Shown one piece after another: positions 25,763 to 39,860 of a stretch of DNA of 64,000 nt; within the stretch, counting starts at the first letter, position 1, and every line of letters starts with the position of its first letter. Origin of the DNA: Nageia nagi (lineage: Eukaryota; Plantae; Pinophyta); assembly GCA_050084985.1 (NCBI GenBank), contig JBITNC010000001.1, forward strand, positions 91,140,001 through 91,204,000, in the 5' to 3' direction. The notes under the pieces are model-generated. The model was not told the DNA's origin, ran no database searches, and saw only the letters and a list, made by a program, of their open reading frames with translations. Made by a program: the position numbers and the translations under genes.

Positions 25763-27416
25763 CTATAGGTTTTGAACTTCAAGGGGTAGAGACCTTTTCC
25801 AGACCTGCTCCTTTTTACTATGAACTCCTACATTAGCCAAACCATTTGCAAGTTGGTTGGCCTCTCCATAGATATGAGACATTGAAACAACATTCATGTC
25901 CTTCACAATCCTTCTGATATCTTCAATGAAAATTTCAATAGTCCAACTTGGCCTGTACACTCCGTTCAATAGCTCAATAATATTTTTGGAGTCCCCTTCA
26001 ATCATTAAAGGGAAGAGATCCCGCTCACAGGCTAGCAAAACACCTTGATGAATTGCCTGAGCCTTAGCAAAATGGCTTAATTGATGACCAATTGGCTCTG
26101 AATAAGCTACTAAAACTTCCCCATCAACATCCTTGACTACTCCTCCAATTCCAACCCTTCTCGGGCTTCCCTTGGAAGCCCCATCAAAATTAAGTTTGAA
26201 AACCCCTTCAGGGGGTGGTTCCCAAGAGCACTGACTCCTTAGATTATTAAGTCCTCTTCTTGAGACTCCCAGTCCTATTTGAAATGGATTACATTGAAAT
26301 TGTCCATGATTAAACATACAATCCTATTCCATACCTCTAAACAACTCGACTTCTTTTCCTTGAAGATTCATGCATTTCTTTCCTTCCATAATTCCCAGAA
26401 CACATGCGGAAGGCTAAGTCTCCACAACTCCTTTAATCTCTTACTTTTCAAGGGGGATTCCCATTGTAAGCAGAGATCAGAAATCGTCCTGGGTAGAACC
26501 CATACACAATGACAGGATTTAAACAATTTGGTCCATATTTTTGCAAAAGAGCATTGCAAAAAAAGATAGTTCGAGGCTTCCTCATCCCTTTCACATAAAG
26601 GACATCTACTTGGAAGGGCAAAACCTCTTTTTCTCAAATTGTTCAAAGTGAGGATCCTATTATGCATAACAAGCCAACAAAACATATTGACTTTAGGAAT
26701 GAGATGTTTGTTCCATACCTTCTTAGCCCAATCCCAAACACTTCCTTTTGGTCTAAGAGATTCATACCCCGATTTAACTGAATACTCCCCACTTTTCTCA
26801 TTTGGCCACACAAATTCATCTAACTCCTTCCAAGCTGCCAAAGGATAAGCCTTCATAAGAAGAACAAATTGTTCCAAATTTCTTTGAAGCTCCCTTGGAA
26901 CTTCACAGTCCATAATTTTCCACCCTTTCCTACCTTCTATTCTCTCAAAGTAGTCCCCTAACATGCTGCCAAAATGTCGTTCAATAAATATTCTGAGGCC
27001 AGCAAACTGAGTTCTTAGACAAAGAGGTGTCTCTATCAGCCAAGGATCTTCCCAAAAACGCACTTTGCCACCATTTCCTATTTTCCATTTTCTAGTGTTC
27101 CTCTGCCAATCTCTTGTGGTTTGAACCTTGTTCCAAAAATAAGACCTTGAAGAAGTCCTGTTTTCTTCAAGGAAGGAAGACTCTTTCAAGATCTTAACCC
27201 AAGGAACATCCTCTTCTTGAGGTAGTTTCCACCCCAGTTTTCCAATAAGAGCTTGGTTCATCAGATTTAATTTTCTAAGGCCCAAGCCTCCTCCTCCTTT
27301 TGACATGCAGCATTTGTCCCATGCCACAAGGGCAATTCTCTTCCTCTCCTCAACCCCTCCCCATAGAAAGGTTTTTTAAATTTGTTCAATCTTTCTACTA
27401 ACCGCTCCTGGGATTT
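25763..27416 (-). pseudogene. LINE ORF2 C-terminus: RT tail, zf-RVT and RNase H (RVT_3)
   Basis: WDKCCMSKGGGGLGLR, IGNGGKVRFWEDPW, CPLCERDEEASNYLFLQC; WEPPPEGVFKLNFDGASKG...IEGDSK...HIYGEANQLANGLA. Frameshifted. Confidence 0.93.
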
Positions 27417-29149
27417 GAGACCCAACCAATTTATCAAACTTGTATGGAGACAAATTTTGCTCTCTTCTATTGGTTTGAAAACACCATTCCACCTTGCTGT
27501 CAATGTCCTCAACAACTTAACAACAATTTCATTTTCTAGTTTTTTGCCAAGAGTGGGCTTTTGATTTATAATATCATTTACTCTCACACCACATTCTCAA
27601 TATTCCTTCACCTTCAAGTTTTCATATTCTTTTCTTAATGTTTTCAACTTCACCGTCTTTACTTGTCTACTTGATATGAAGTCTTTGAAATGTCCCAAGC
27701 CCCAGTGGCTGTGGGCTCTTTAGATTCCTGGTATAATGCTTGTATCAACTGCTGATTGAATATGATAAAGAGCTGATGAATATTAATTCTTGAATTCCTT
27801 TTTATTCACTCTTCTGTATATCAACAAATATAAATCTGCTTTTGAAACAAAGTTCTCACCATTGAACTCTGGAAGCTATTAGAAAATGAATGATGCTTTT
27901 TTTCAAAAGCTTACTGGAATTCTTGACTTCTCTACGAAATGTTTTAAAGAATATGCTAATTTGCTTTCCTAACAATATGCTTCCATTGATTTCTGGAATT
28001 GTGAGCCATGGCAGGAGCTACAACAATGAATGAAGTGTTTTTTCAAAAGCTTACTGGAATTCTCCTTTGCCAAATAAAATCAAGATCCCGGCTCTTCACA
28101 TCTCATATCAGCTTTGTAATTCATCAACATTTAGGATCCAATCTTCATGATTCAAACTTTGATACTGCTATGTGAGATTCGTGAGGACAAAATCAAAGGT
28201 TAACACAACATAAAAGTGTATACATTCAGAATATTACAAGATTTAATCCTCACAATAATAGCAGAAATCAATGAGGGATATGAGACTCTCAATTGTGTGC
28301 TGTACTAATCAATTACTTTCATATTACATATTATACGCAAACAGTTTCATTTATATAGAATTAGATGTCACGATATGGTGACTTTGTATCTCCTAAAAGA
28401 ATTAACTCTTGGCTTTTCATATTCTTTATTTTGCATACTTAACATTTGCGATCTGAACTGCTACCGATGGTTCCGTTCTGTAAGTAGAGGTTCTGCCTGT
28501 GGAGTGGTGGTTCTGTTCTTGGACCAACAGTTTTGTTCCCAGCACTTGAACTCTTTAAATCCTTGCCAACATCTTCTCATTCCAACATTCATTGCAAACA
28601 TCTGCATCAATTTCCATTGTAGTTCTGGCATCATAACAATGTTTATAATATATCATGGATTCAGAAGAAAAAACAACATAATGTCAACTTGTCAGCAATT
28701 TCTTAACACATACTTATGGAATAATGCCCTGTTCCATCATTATGAAACCTTGGATTACATATCAAAGCCTATGTGCCAAATCCTACTATATTCCAAAGAA
28801 ATGGAACTTTGTGTTCAGGCCATTTATTCTTATAGAAACCAATGTTAACAAAACAATAATAACTTAACCGGTGTCAATTTTATAATAAACCAAGTGTACA
28901 AACATATCACTTATCATTATCCATTGTGTCAATTCGACATGGATGCATTTTGAAGGGACAATGCACAGTTTGATGAAGTCACAGTCATTTTCCTGAAAAT
29001 GACCTCGCTGATGCCATGAGCTCGAGGTCAATTCTTTCCTTTTAACAGTAGGAAGACAAGATAAGACATATAGAAGAAAGTCTTTGTTCTTTTCACCTCT
29101 TCATTTTGACAAGCTGACAGAGTGGGATTAGTCCATTAAACTTTTAGTT

Positions 29150-30250
29150 TTTCTTCATGAAACACTTTTACTATTCGGGGAATAGTGATTTTCTTCTGAT
29201 TAATGTTACTAAGCAGTTTTGCCCAATAGTTTATGGACCAATATGAACTACCAAGGCTGATATCGTAACTTGAATCATTGATTTGTACGATGTAAACAAA
29301 ATTTCATTACCTAATTTTACAGGGATGCCTGTTGCAAAATATTTTAATAACCTATCTCCATTCATTGTAGAGAATGAATAACATTTGGTTGAAGTAACCC
29401 GTTTATCAATTATTTCTTGTTTGCAGAATTTCAGATTTGACCCTATATCAAGAAAAGCTGTGTATTTCTTGATATCCTTATGCCCATCTTTCACAATTTT
29501 AACAGGAATCAAAACTGATGATTTTATTGTTACCATCTTTTTCATTAGCAATCGATAAGTCTTTGATGCTTTTGGAAACGTCAAAAATTCTTTTTTTGGA
29601 ATAAGTATTTGACAGCTGTAGGGGCTTTTGTTGGGCATGAATGAGCATAATTACTTTTTTTTTAAAAGCAAAGCAACAAACTTCGTTAGAATTCCTCTTG
29701 GCTGGCACTCTTTCTTTGTCTGAAATATTTGAACTTAAACGGCTTAAATCTTCTTCCCTTTATTTTAGCAAATTCATAATTTTTTTTGCAAAATTTTTAT
29801 TTATAACAATCATATTAATGAGCCTCTTCTACGTTACTACAAGCAGAAGAAGATATTTTGGGATGTTTATTCTTAACCCTGGTTTGTAAGCAGAGCTTTC
29901 TAATTTCAGTCTTGGCCATTTCTATTAAATCTACTAAATATAGCATATTAATATCTATTCCTTTCTGAGCTATTTTATTATACACAACCTGGCCAATTCC
30001 TTTAGGTAATGCAGCCAAAAATTGTTACCTTAATAAATTCATTCCTATGCAGATTTAGCTCATAAACTTCGTTTAATAATCTCCAACAAATTCTTCAAAC
30101 TGATCTAGTTCCCAAAGCTTCATATGAGCAAGAAGCAATTGATCTGCTTTTTTCTTATTGGATTGATTTCGTTTATCCTAATTTGGCTATTAATAACTGC
30201 GAATGGCTCCCTCCTTTGTTCAACTACATAATTTGAGGCATTTCATGATG
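29150..30250 (-). mobile_element. Endogenous caulimovirid-like fragment: capsid C-terminus, basic region/zinc knuckle and aspartic protease (no RT seen)
   Basis: Minus strand: LAHMKLWELDQFEEF...FLAALPKGIG...IRKLC; RRFKPFKFKYFRQRK then CCFA(F)KKK..YAHSCP (decayed CX2CX4HX4C); YTAFLDIGSNLKFC and YDISLG protease motifs. Frameshifted. Confidence 0.55.
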
Positions 30251-32641
30251 TGTTTATAACAATGCAGGACGGGAGTAGTGGTTCAATATGTGAATATTTT
30301 GATGCATAAACTTGTTTGAAGAAATACGACATGGCCATATGTTGTTGCTTGTAAATATAGAGATGTCATACTTTTAGGCTTGTTTTTATAATAATGTTGC
30401 ATGGTGTTGCTTTGTTTTCTTTCGAATTGTGTTATTAAACTTCTACATGCTATTAGAGCTTTGGGTAACAATGGCAATAGTGCTAAACTTTGCAACAAGG
30501 GTGATATGTCATGCCAAATTTCTATACATTCCTTAATACTTTTGGGATGGAGCAGTGTTACAACCTCAATTAAATAGCAACACTAAGTTGCTATTTGCTT
30601 CTCCATGATAAAAACCTTGAATTGAGGCTAAAACCAATACCTAGAAGTGGATCACTTACAATCGTGCATGTTTAAAAAACCCTTGACGACAGAAGATCTC
30701 TTTGCTGACGTATTCTAAACCATACTGCTTTCCATGCGACTTTCAACACTCACATTATAGCTCTTTAGTGCCTGTTTGGGTTTTACTTGTGAATCTGACT
30801 TTACTTAGTCTTTCAACTTGTTAGTAGTCTAGAGTGCCATTTATAGGTTTTCTTCTGTATCTGGTAAATTTGTATATATTTCCCATGAGGGTAGGTTGTA
30901 ACTTACGACTTTGCATTTTGAACTTATTTAGGACCATATACATTTGGCCTAATAAATAAATATTTTGCTTGGATTTCCTTAACTTTCAGTCCAAAACAAT
31001 AATGGAATAGTTTGGGGTCTGAAATGAAGCAATTAGTAGAAGGAATCTTGGAGCAATAGGGTCATAATGAAATTACTATCAATAATAAATAATATCAGAA
31101 TATTTCAAGAAATATATTAGAGCCATTTTGAGGGGGGAAGATATCCTATATGCCACTTCGAGAGGGCAGATCTTGAGATACTTGTTAGTAGAAGACAAAG
31201 ATATATTTGATGATATTCTATCCATATGGATCTAACCTTTTCTCTTGTTTATACTCTATTCTAGCGGAAGGACACATTCCTAGTTTCATTAATTGTAATG
31301 ACCTATAATTAGTTATAATATGGCTTTATAAGGTTCACAACAGTATGCCAGATATGTTGATTCAAATAATTTATTATATATCAAGTATTTTCATTATCCG
31401 TATTTGGGTGTAGAGTTGCAATTTTAATCTGTGTAAGTCTAGACTATTCTTCTAGATGTTTCTTAGCTTTTTGCTTTTGTTAGATTGACATAATAAATGG
31501 ATTATTGGCTGCCCTAACTACATTTGGTTATATATAGTAGCAAATGTTTATTTGTGGAGTGTCAGTATTTAGTGGTTGCCACATGATGATATTTCTCTAA
31601 TGTAATATTTGAATTTCTCTTTCCTTGGCAATAACTTTATGCTTGTTCTATTTTGTTGAATGTTTGAGATACTTGCTATTGTCGTTCTCTTGGTAAAGAA
31701 GTGTAATTGCTAGTATTATGAATACGATGCTGTTGGCAAGTGGGAGAATCATTTTGCTAATCTACTGATTCTTTTTAAGGAAATATGGCCATGCACCTTA
31801 TAATACATGATTTTTTTTGGTGTTCTAGATAGTCATATAATTTGAATGTTGATATTTTGTAGTTTTGTTTAAAGTTCATCGTAAGAAATACAAGCAGTAT
31901 TAATGGTGATATGGTTTTTGGAAGCTGACACTTTGAACTATCACATTTGTTGGCAATTTTCACAACTTGGTTTGGAATTCGTTTTTTCAGGGGAGCCTGA
32001 TTTGGGTAATACTAGTGTGCCATTTTGGAAAATGTTTGTAATAAGAATTCCAAAATATGATGCCATTTTTTTGATCTGGATTTATGTAGGCAGATCTCTT
32101 CTGATAATTATCAATTCATTTGTGGCAATACTAGATTTAATTTAAAAGAGAGAATCCTTCTTTCAAGCATTGATTTCCTATTCTGCTTGTTAGAAACTAC
32201 ATCTCTTGTTAAGGGAGATGAAGCTAGAATTGGATGATGGTGATATGAATTGAAGTAATTTTGTTATGAGGGTGATGTGTATTTCTGGAAATAAGTTGAA
32301 TAATTATTTTTATCTAGACATGACGAGAAACTAGAAGATGAAACATCCTTAAAAAAATGAGCATAAGCTTCATGGAGATGAAGGAAGTAATCAAAATCCT
32401 ATTATTGAATCTAGAATTGCATACAAAAAATGGTAGATAAGGAACAGAGGAAAATCTTAATGCTCTTATCCAAAGACTTTTCAACTTTGCATGTGCAAAG
32501 ATGTAAGATGATTGCAATTGCAATTTCAAAATCTGTTCTTTGCCTAATCTATCGTAATGAGTGGAGCGCAACCTTTGTTATTAGTTGTTATCCTTCAAAC
32601 AATTCATCTTGAATCAATGTTCTAGATGTAATAGTATTTAC

Positions 32642-33701
32642 CAAGGTTCCATAGGGCCTTGAGAATGGGGGAGCAGGGGGAACGCGTTCCCAAGAAAGGG
32701 AACGACGGATATCAACTTAGGCAACACCCCGAAAATGGTAGGGGGGAACGGGTAGTATAATACTAGTAAAAAATCTCGGAATTTTTAGATTTTTTTAAAT
32801 TTCATTGTTTTTAGTTCGTTATTATTATCAATTCAATCATGTATACAACTCCAGAAACTTAAATTAGAAATCAAGTATGAATCATAATATCAAAATGAGC
32901 GGCCCATAATCAATGATCGTAATGCCATAATGTTATTAAGTCTGAATCAGTCTAGTAAATAATGATGGATCTGAAATCTCAAATCAGAAATACTCAAATG
33001 ACTAATACAATAGTACTGAAATCATAGTAGCAAAATGCCAAAATCATAACTATCAAACTATGGCTCTAAGGGCTTCTCTGCTGCTAATATATCCTAATTG
33101 TAATCAATATCATCCTTCTCCTCAACAAAGCTATTTGATGAGCTGCCCTTATTATCCAACTGGAGACTCTCCAATGGCAATCTTGGTCCACCTCACTGTT
33201 GTGTTCTCCTCCTCACTGCTGTCTTTTTCCTCCTCACTATTGTCTTTTTCTTCTCAAGGCTGCACACAAACAAATGGTTATGTTTTTCAATTTGGAATGT
33301 TTTATGGTTATGTTTTTAGGGTTTGGGGGGGTGGGAACATTAGTTGGTTCCACCCCCTTTTTTAAAAGAAAAAATGGGTAATTTTTAAGCTATGAACTTT
33401 TTTTGGTTGGGCTCCCATCTCTAGCTGGGAATGCCTGGCTGGTCCCAGGAGCAGTCTAGGAGCGGCCAACTGCTCCCTGGCTGCTCCTTGAAACGACTGG
33501 GCATTTCTGAGGTATTCTCATATCCTTAACATTTGGGAATGGGCCCCTCATAGGCAAGGAATTGTTTGAGAACATCTCCCTGCCATTCTTCAAAAAGGGA
33601 ATGACAAGGAAAGGTTCTCAAGTCTGTTCCCACATCCCCGAATGTGGGGAACACCAAGAACAACCCTCCCAAAAAAGGGAACGTGCTCCCTTGTAACCTT
33701 G
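32642..33701. mobile_element. Non-autonomous hAT-like DNA transposon (1.06 kb)
   Basis: TIRs caaggttcca / tgtaaccttg (9/10), degenerate 8-bp TSD gtatttac/gcattaac, and clustered subterminal ggaac/gttcc motifs. Confidence 0.72.
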
Positions 33702-34213
33702 GCATTAACACAATGGTAATTTATGGTCACAATGGGAAATAGACCGTGTTCTTTTGAAAGAACATTACAATTGATTATAGTGTGACAATCATGACTCAGA
33801 CTGCTATTTGAAAGTGTGTCATGGTAGTTTTCAAGGTCTTGGAAGTGCCATCAACTTTAAAGTCAGTATATTTGAAAGTAATATTTATGACAATAGGAAA
33901 AAGATACATCATAGTTTGAAGGCTTGAATCTCAAAACTATTATATTTGCACAGGGTTATAATTACAAGTTCCATATTATATTATGAATAATATTTTTATC
34001 CTTGTAATGAATTCCATCAAAACATCACATTTTGCTTTATGAAGACTTGAATCTTTTATCTATAGGATTTGGATAGTCTTGCAGGTGACAAGATCGTAAT
34101 TAATCATAACTAATTTTACGTAAAGTGGTGTTTGGAGTATGGTAGGTTGAATCTTCAGGTCATGTCATCCCTCATGAAGACAATCGTAGAATTTGCTAGG
34201 GCAAAATACAATG

Positions 34214-34954
34214 TGGGTAATTTAGGATTCTTTGTGTAGATATATAAAATTGGATTTGCTAGATAAATAACATTAATAAATGATCCAAAATATCTAATTT
34301 TTCCGAATGCATATAATGGATATGATAAACAATATCTAGGGCATAAACCATAAACAAATGATAAACCTATATATTGGATCAAACCTACAAGAAGTATGAA
34401 ATGAATAACAAAACGAATGAACTCTCCTGTACTGTGTACCTGGCTTGTAGAACAGAAGGTGGATCTGTACTGAGAAGGATCATCAACAGCTAATGGTGAA
34501 GTCTGGATCCCCAATTCACCCAGGAATGGGCTGTTGACGGTCTTTCCTATCCAAAACAGGCCGTCAGTGGTCCTCTTTTTATGGTTCTGCCACACACAAG
34601 TTCATAGATCCACCACCTGCAGGGATGTTCGAAAATATGTTCGCAAGATCGCAAAGTGCATAAGAAAGCTCAGGTAAACCAATCTCATCAAGTTTGATAG
34701 GTGGCATTGATAAACACCATAAAGCTGTTTGTCTACACTATCAAGTCCTGAGAAGGTTTGATAGTAGACTAGTTTACATGTTGGGGTAGAGATCATGTGG
34801 AATGAGTACCCTCTTACCTAAGTTGATTTTAGCCATCTCACATGCATTCAAGTTAAGGGTACCTGTATTTACAGGTAAGCTTTTCCAGGTAGAGATTCAC
34901 CTTTCTAGCCTCAAGTATTCAGTACTGGAAAAGGTCATTATCTGAGTAACAACA
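34214..34954 (-). mobile_element. Possible solo LTR; left boundary uncertain
   Basis: Right end ...gagtaacaaca reads tgttgttactc on the minus strand. aatg flanks both proposed ends. LTR-like composition only. Confidence 0.35.
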
Positions 34955-37900
34955 AATGTCATTATGATGTTGAGCTTTGATTATGATATCTTGTTGAAGA
35001 GGTTAATGAGGTTACTATGATAATATCTCCTTGTTCTAATAATAAGTAACTTGTGATTGTGTTGAGGCAGCTTGCAGTGAGTGGAAGAGTTGTCTGTTTA
35101 AAAAACAAATCATTGACTAGTAATTTTACTTATTTTCTTTGACAAGTTTCCTTTGCAGGAGACTTGTAATGGTGAAAGGGTTTACCTTTCATGAGTTCTA
35201 ACTTGCAGCTGAAGGATAAGATCCTCAATAAGATACATGCAGGGACAACTGGTTGCACAATATTTCCTAGTATTTACTATCATGTAAATTTTTTTTTGGA
35301 AATGATTAAAGAAACTGTTGCAAAGATACGAGTTTGAATAATATTTGATTTGTTAGAGGCATAAAAATGGTATATTTAAATAAAATAATTTTCTACGAGC
35401 CTTTGCTATTCTCAGCCATTCCATGGATTCAGAACGGTTTTTGTCAAATCAATGGAAATTAAGTCATATTTGTAGTGATGGGCATGCTAACCAAATATGA
35501 CCATATTTATGGTATAGATTTTCTCTTATGTCATATTTATGGATATATGACATGCTAACCAAGTAAGTCTGTTTTTGTGGTCTTTTCCCTTGTCACAAAC
35601 TATAATGTCTACAACTTTTATGGAGACTGTGATTGAGTTTCACTATGAATTTTTCCAACTCAGTGGATTGACCGTCTCTGTGTTCTTTTTATACCACCTT
35701 TTTTTTAATTAAAAAGTGCTTTTATATTACTTAATAAAATAATTTTTTACACTTGTTCACAAAAAGAGATGGGCGAAAAGAGATTCAAACCTCAAAAGTC
35801 CATACGAGGCAAAAAATCCTTAAATCATAAAGCTTAGAACATGCCAAATTAAAACAACTGCAGTAAAAACTGCAACAGTATTTAAGCAGTAGCAGTGGTT
35901 ATGGATCCAGATGGAGGGGGGTTTCAGTCTGAGGGCTTTCCCCATCGTACGGGTGCATAAGGAGTCTTTGTGGGACAATCCCATCCCGAATTGGCCTTGT
36001 CATCAGTAGGAGCTGGAATGTGGTTCTCTGTGCCCCTCTTGGGGGAGATGACAAGACTTAGCCTGGGAAACTTGTCGTCTGGGGGATTGGTTGGCCATAC
36101 CTGAGTTCCCCAGTTCAAAGATTGTTTTTTTTTTTTTTTATAAATTTTTATATCAACTTGATTGGGTGGCCAAACAGAAATTGTTGACAGGTCCTATAGG
36201 CTCAAATAATTTCTTTTAGTTAAGTGTTGGTGCAGCATGACATGCCATATATTCAGTAACATGATTATAACTAAAGCTCTAAACATTGTTTGCCTCCACA
36301 ACTTGATTCATCTGAGAAAGTTTCGTCGAAGTTTCAAAGATTCTAATCTTGTTTAAAGGATCAACAAATTGTTTTCAAGGAAAGTGACATATGTTCTCCT
36401 TGAGGAATCATACGAGTACATCATGCAAGATTTTCCCTTCCAAATGAGATTGTTGACAGGAAAGTTATTCACACCTTTGTCTTTGTAGATATCTCGTAGA
36501 TGTTTACTTAGTACGTATGCTTCATAACATTATGTATATGCAGTCTTGAAGGTTATGAACCACATTCGATATAAAGAAAAAATTGATACAAGCATCACTA
36601 GTATGAGCAAGGCATTTACAACATATTTCATCTTGTCTGTGGACACTATATTATAGGGCCTTTTCCTTTGACAAATTAGCCTGCATGGGTAGGGCATTCC
36701 CTTCTAGACATGACATTGGCCTTGCAGTGCATGACATAGATGACATGTAGAGGCTCCCATAGTCTTCTCCGATGCGGCACAGTCCTCAAACCCAATTAAT
36801 GTAGTCTGGAGACACCTATCTATGTGTCTCTACTATGCTGCGCTACTAAAAGCTCTCCATCAGGTGAGATCCCTAGATATGGGCTAACACCCTAGGTACC
36901 CAGCTTCCTTCACGAAGGATTCATTGAATCTGTAGTTGTTGGGATGTCCCTTTAGTAAAGGAAGGATTTCAAGGAGCAGTATGCTTGGAAAGCTACCATA
37001 CATAGAACCTTCATGAACCCTGGGAACCTGTCAAGCCTTTCCTCTGTAGTGCTAGATGAAAATAAATCGAGGATAAATAAATGACAAGACAAGAACATGG
37101 TTTTTATTGTTTTGAATGATACATTCATCTTTTCTATACAATGCTCTTGTACTTTTTGATCTGGTTGATGAAGATTAAGTGCTTTTAATAATTGGTATTT
37201 ACAGCACATTAAAAAAAACACATTTTACCATTTGGCATCTCCTTGCACATGCAATGCATTATTGTTCACAAAGTTGACCTGATCTTCAAGTTAAATTTTA
37301 TTTAGGTTCACTTGCACAATACCACAAGATCTCTCTTATTTTCAAACTTTTCATGTTGAATGATATAGTAATCAAGTAATAGCCTTTGCTTGGAATTTAC
37401 AAACACAAATTAAGTAAGAACAATTTTGAGTCATAGAATATAAAAAAACGATTCATGTGGTGCATGGTCAAGAAAAGGCACTTGCATCTATGTTAAACAA
37501 GGAGCCTGTAGGAAATTCATTCATAAAAAGAACAGGCAAAAGAGGCAAACACATTAAAATATGGATGTCCTGAATTTGACAGTAAAAGTTTTGGAATTAT
37601 TTTATTGCATGATATTTTTGGCTGATAGTTTGAACCCCTCTAACCTATTTATTTATATGCAATTGGGATATACATAATGCTTAAATTTTCTCCTTGCTTT
37701 TAGTGATTTGAAAGAAGTTTTTGGAATTTGTGTATTTGGAAATTGGTCCCGTAAAACCTCCTAAGTTTTGATAGGTTTAAAATTGGAATATATGTAGGAT
37801 CCAATTACACACAATTGAGTTTTCTCAATAAAATGCATATCCCACTTCGTGTAATTGAGTTTTGAGTAGAAAATTGTAGTTGCCTCACCTTTATTTTGTC

Positions 37901-38703
37901 AATTTGAGAGTGTTTTTTAATGTCAACCAAGTTTTTCTGAATTGGAAACAAATGAGGTTTATATCATTCTCCAGGGAAATGTGCAATAATTCATTAAATG
38001 GGAAATGGCCATCTTGTTCCAGGCCAATGCCAGACATAACTGTGTACAGGGTTTTCCATGAGGTGTCCTCATGGCCTTCTCAAACCCATCTTTTGAAAGA
38101 TTGGAGCTATACAATATAGAGATTCTCTGAAATTTGTCCTTATTGATTTGGCTTTTATTAGTGTTCATGTTTGTGTGTTTAGAGGCTCTTGTCTGTTTAT
38201 CAAATGAAATAAAAAACCCTGATTCAGTTTTAATCAATGTTGTAGCATATCCAGATTCTCCGTAGTTTCCTTTACTTTCAGGTTCATGGTTTTCCCTGTT
38301 TTTTACCTGGAGGAATAGAATAAAATTTTATAAATTCACATATGAAATACAAATCAATAATTTAATGTCCATTTAAAGTAACATTTCTGAGTAGTTTTAC
38401 ATGTAGAAGAAAACAGCAGCTTCTTGAGGAAGTTTTCCCTAATACACATTATAGCTTATTCAAATGGTATACTGATATCTAAGAGATTGTATATGCTGCT
38501 ATCTTATGTTGATTTTTGGCCTCTTTGTTCATAATATCGTATTTGAACCTTAGGGCTAGTTATGTTCTGCAATTGATGAATTTGTTAGTGTAATTTTGTA
38601 AGGGATATTCCAGCACATGAAAACATTGTTTGTTAGTAATCATATTAGTACATGCTTTTTACATGGTTAATTAGACCCTAATTCTCCTGTTTATCGTTGA
38701 CAG

Positions 38704-38773
38704 ATATGTGCCCTCATTTATACCTCCTGGGTTGGCGACAGCCAGTTCTAAATCAAAGGAGGCTGAAAAAAAG
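38704..38773 (+). CDS. RRC1: RRC1 coding exon 4 (YVPSFIPPGLATASSKSKEAEKK)
   Basis: gacag| acceptor and AAG|GTAAGT donor. Completes codon AGA from exon 3. RYVPSF(I/L)PP motif. Confidence 0.95.
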
Positions 38774-39064
38774 GTAAGTATTTTAATGATTACCGAGTAA
38801 CTTGGAATGTGGAGAGTAGTATCAGTAATCAAGGTTTCTGTTCAAGGGTCAAATTATTTTCCTTCTCTGATTGTATTTTCTTTCCCCTAAAGGGAAATCA
38901 CAGTACTCAGAGACATATAACAGATTTAATTGTCAGTAAGAGGAAATATGTAATTGGTAAGGTTTAATGCTTACAGGGATTGTTGTGTAGAACATTGTTT
39001 AAGTGTTTAGTTCCCATGCTTTAATAATGAAATGGAATATTCCTATATGTTATTTGGATTGCAG

Positions 39065-39214
39065 AAAGAAGAGGAAAAGCCGAAGGAAAGAGAAAAGGGA
39101 AAGTCACGGAACATAGATCATTTCATGGAAGAATTAAAGGCCGAGCAAGAGATGAGGGAGAAACGGAATCAAGAACGTGGACATCGACAGAGGGAGGGCA
39201 GACAAGCAGAAAAT
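39065..39214 (+). CDS. RRC1: RRC1 coding exon 5 (KEEEKPKEREKGKSRNIDHFMEELK...QAEN)
   Basis: tgcag| acceptor and AAT|GTATTG donor. 150 nt. RNID.FMEELK.EQEMRE motif. Confidence 0.93.
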
Positions 39215-39332
39215 GTATTGTGTTATCATTCTATTCTTGTGAATTTTAGTCTTTGACCAATGCACCAGTACACTCCTGTTTTTCTGTATTCCATTGTATC
39301 CAGTAGTTTGTAAAATCCTTTTTGATTTTTTT

Positions 39333-39860
39333 GGGAAACTTACCAAAATACCCTTGTCAGTTCATAAAATTACCAAAATAGTCCTATAAATTCATAAAAT
39401 TACCACAATACCCTTCGATCTTTAAAAATTACCAAAATACCCTTAAATTTTATGAATCAAAAAATGAAAAATATTTTAATAATCTTATAAAAAATAAAAT
39501 AATGATTGCAATATTTCATTTTATTGCAATATTTTAATAATCTTATAAAAAATAAAATAATGATTGCAATATTTTTTATGTTCTACCCACTATGATTTCA
39601 TGTAGTTAAAAAAATTACGAAAATTTTACATTAAAAAAAATTTAAATGAATTAAATGAAGTGTTACAGGGTTAAATAATTTTTTTTTCATTATTTTATTT
39701 TTTATAAGAGTATTAAAATATTTTCGCTTTTTGGATTCATAAATTCTAAGGGTATTTTGGTAATTTCATGAAATTATAGGGTTTTTTTTGGTAATTTTTA
39801 AAGATTGAGGGGTATTTTGGTAATTTCATGAACTTACAGGGGTATTTTGGTAAGTTTCCC
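39333..39860. mobile_element. Mutator-like foldback MITE (528 bp)
   Basis: ~170-bp TIRs starting gggaaacttaccaaaataccc and built of ~29-bp subrepeats. Imperfect T-rich TSD ttgWtttttt. Internal 58-bp duplication. Confidence 0.88.

Larger units (their letters stand above)
24251..27416 (-). mobile_element. 5'-truncated L1-type LINE (3.17 kb) with zf-RVT, RNase H, extra 3' ORF and poly(A)
   Basis: T14 at 24251-24264 is the poly(A) on the minus strand. TSD gagatccaaccaa (24238-24250) / gagacccaaccaa (27417-27429). It splits the copia gag mid-motif (L-GSL). Confidence 0.93.
21050..28444 (-). mobile_element. Old degenerate Ty1/copia remnant, interrupted by a solo LTR and a LINE
   Basis: RT start KNDTWELCKLPKAKEVISVNWVYKAK (21154-21480), integrase LQLIHVNIHGP...FIDDFTR (22210-22431), LWHLR (~22560) and gag RVNDIINQ...IEESK (27430-27590). 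Decayed PBS cagtatcaaagt at 28156-28167. Candidate 5' LTR at 28171-28444. Left end not defined. Confidence 0.8.
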
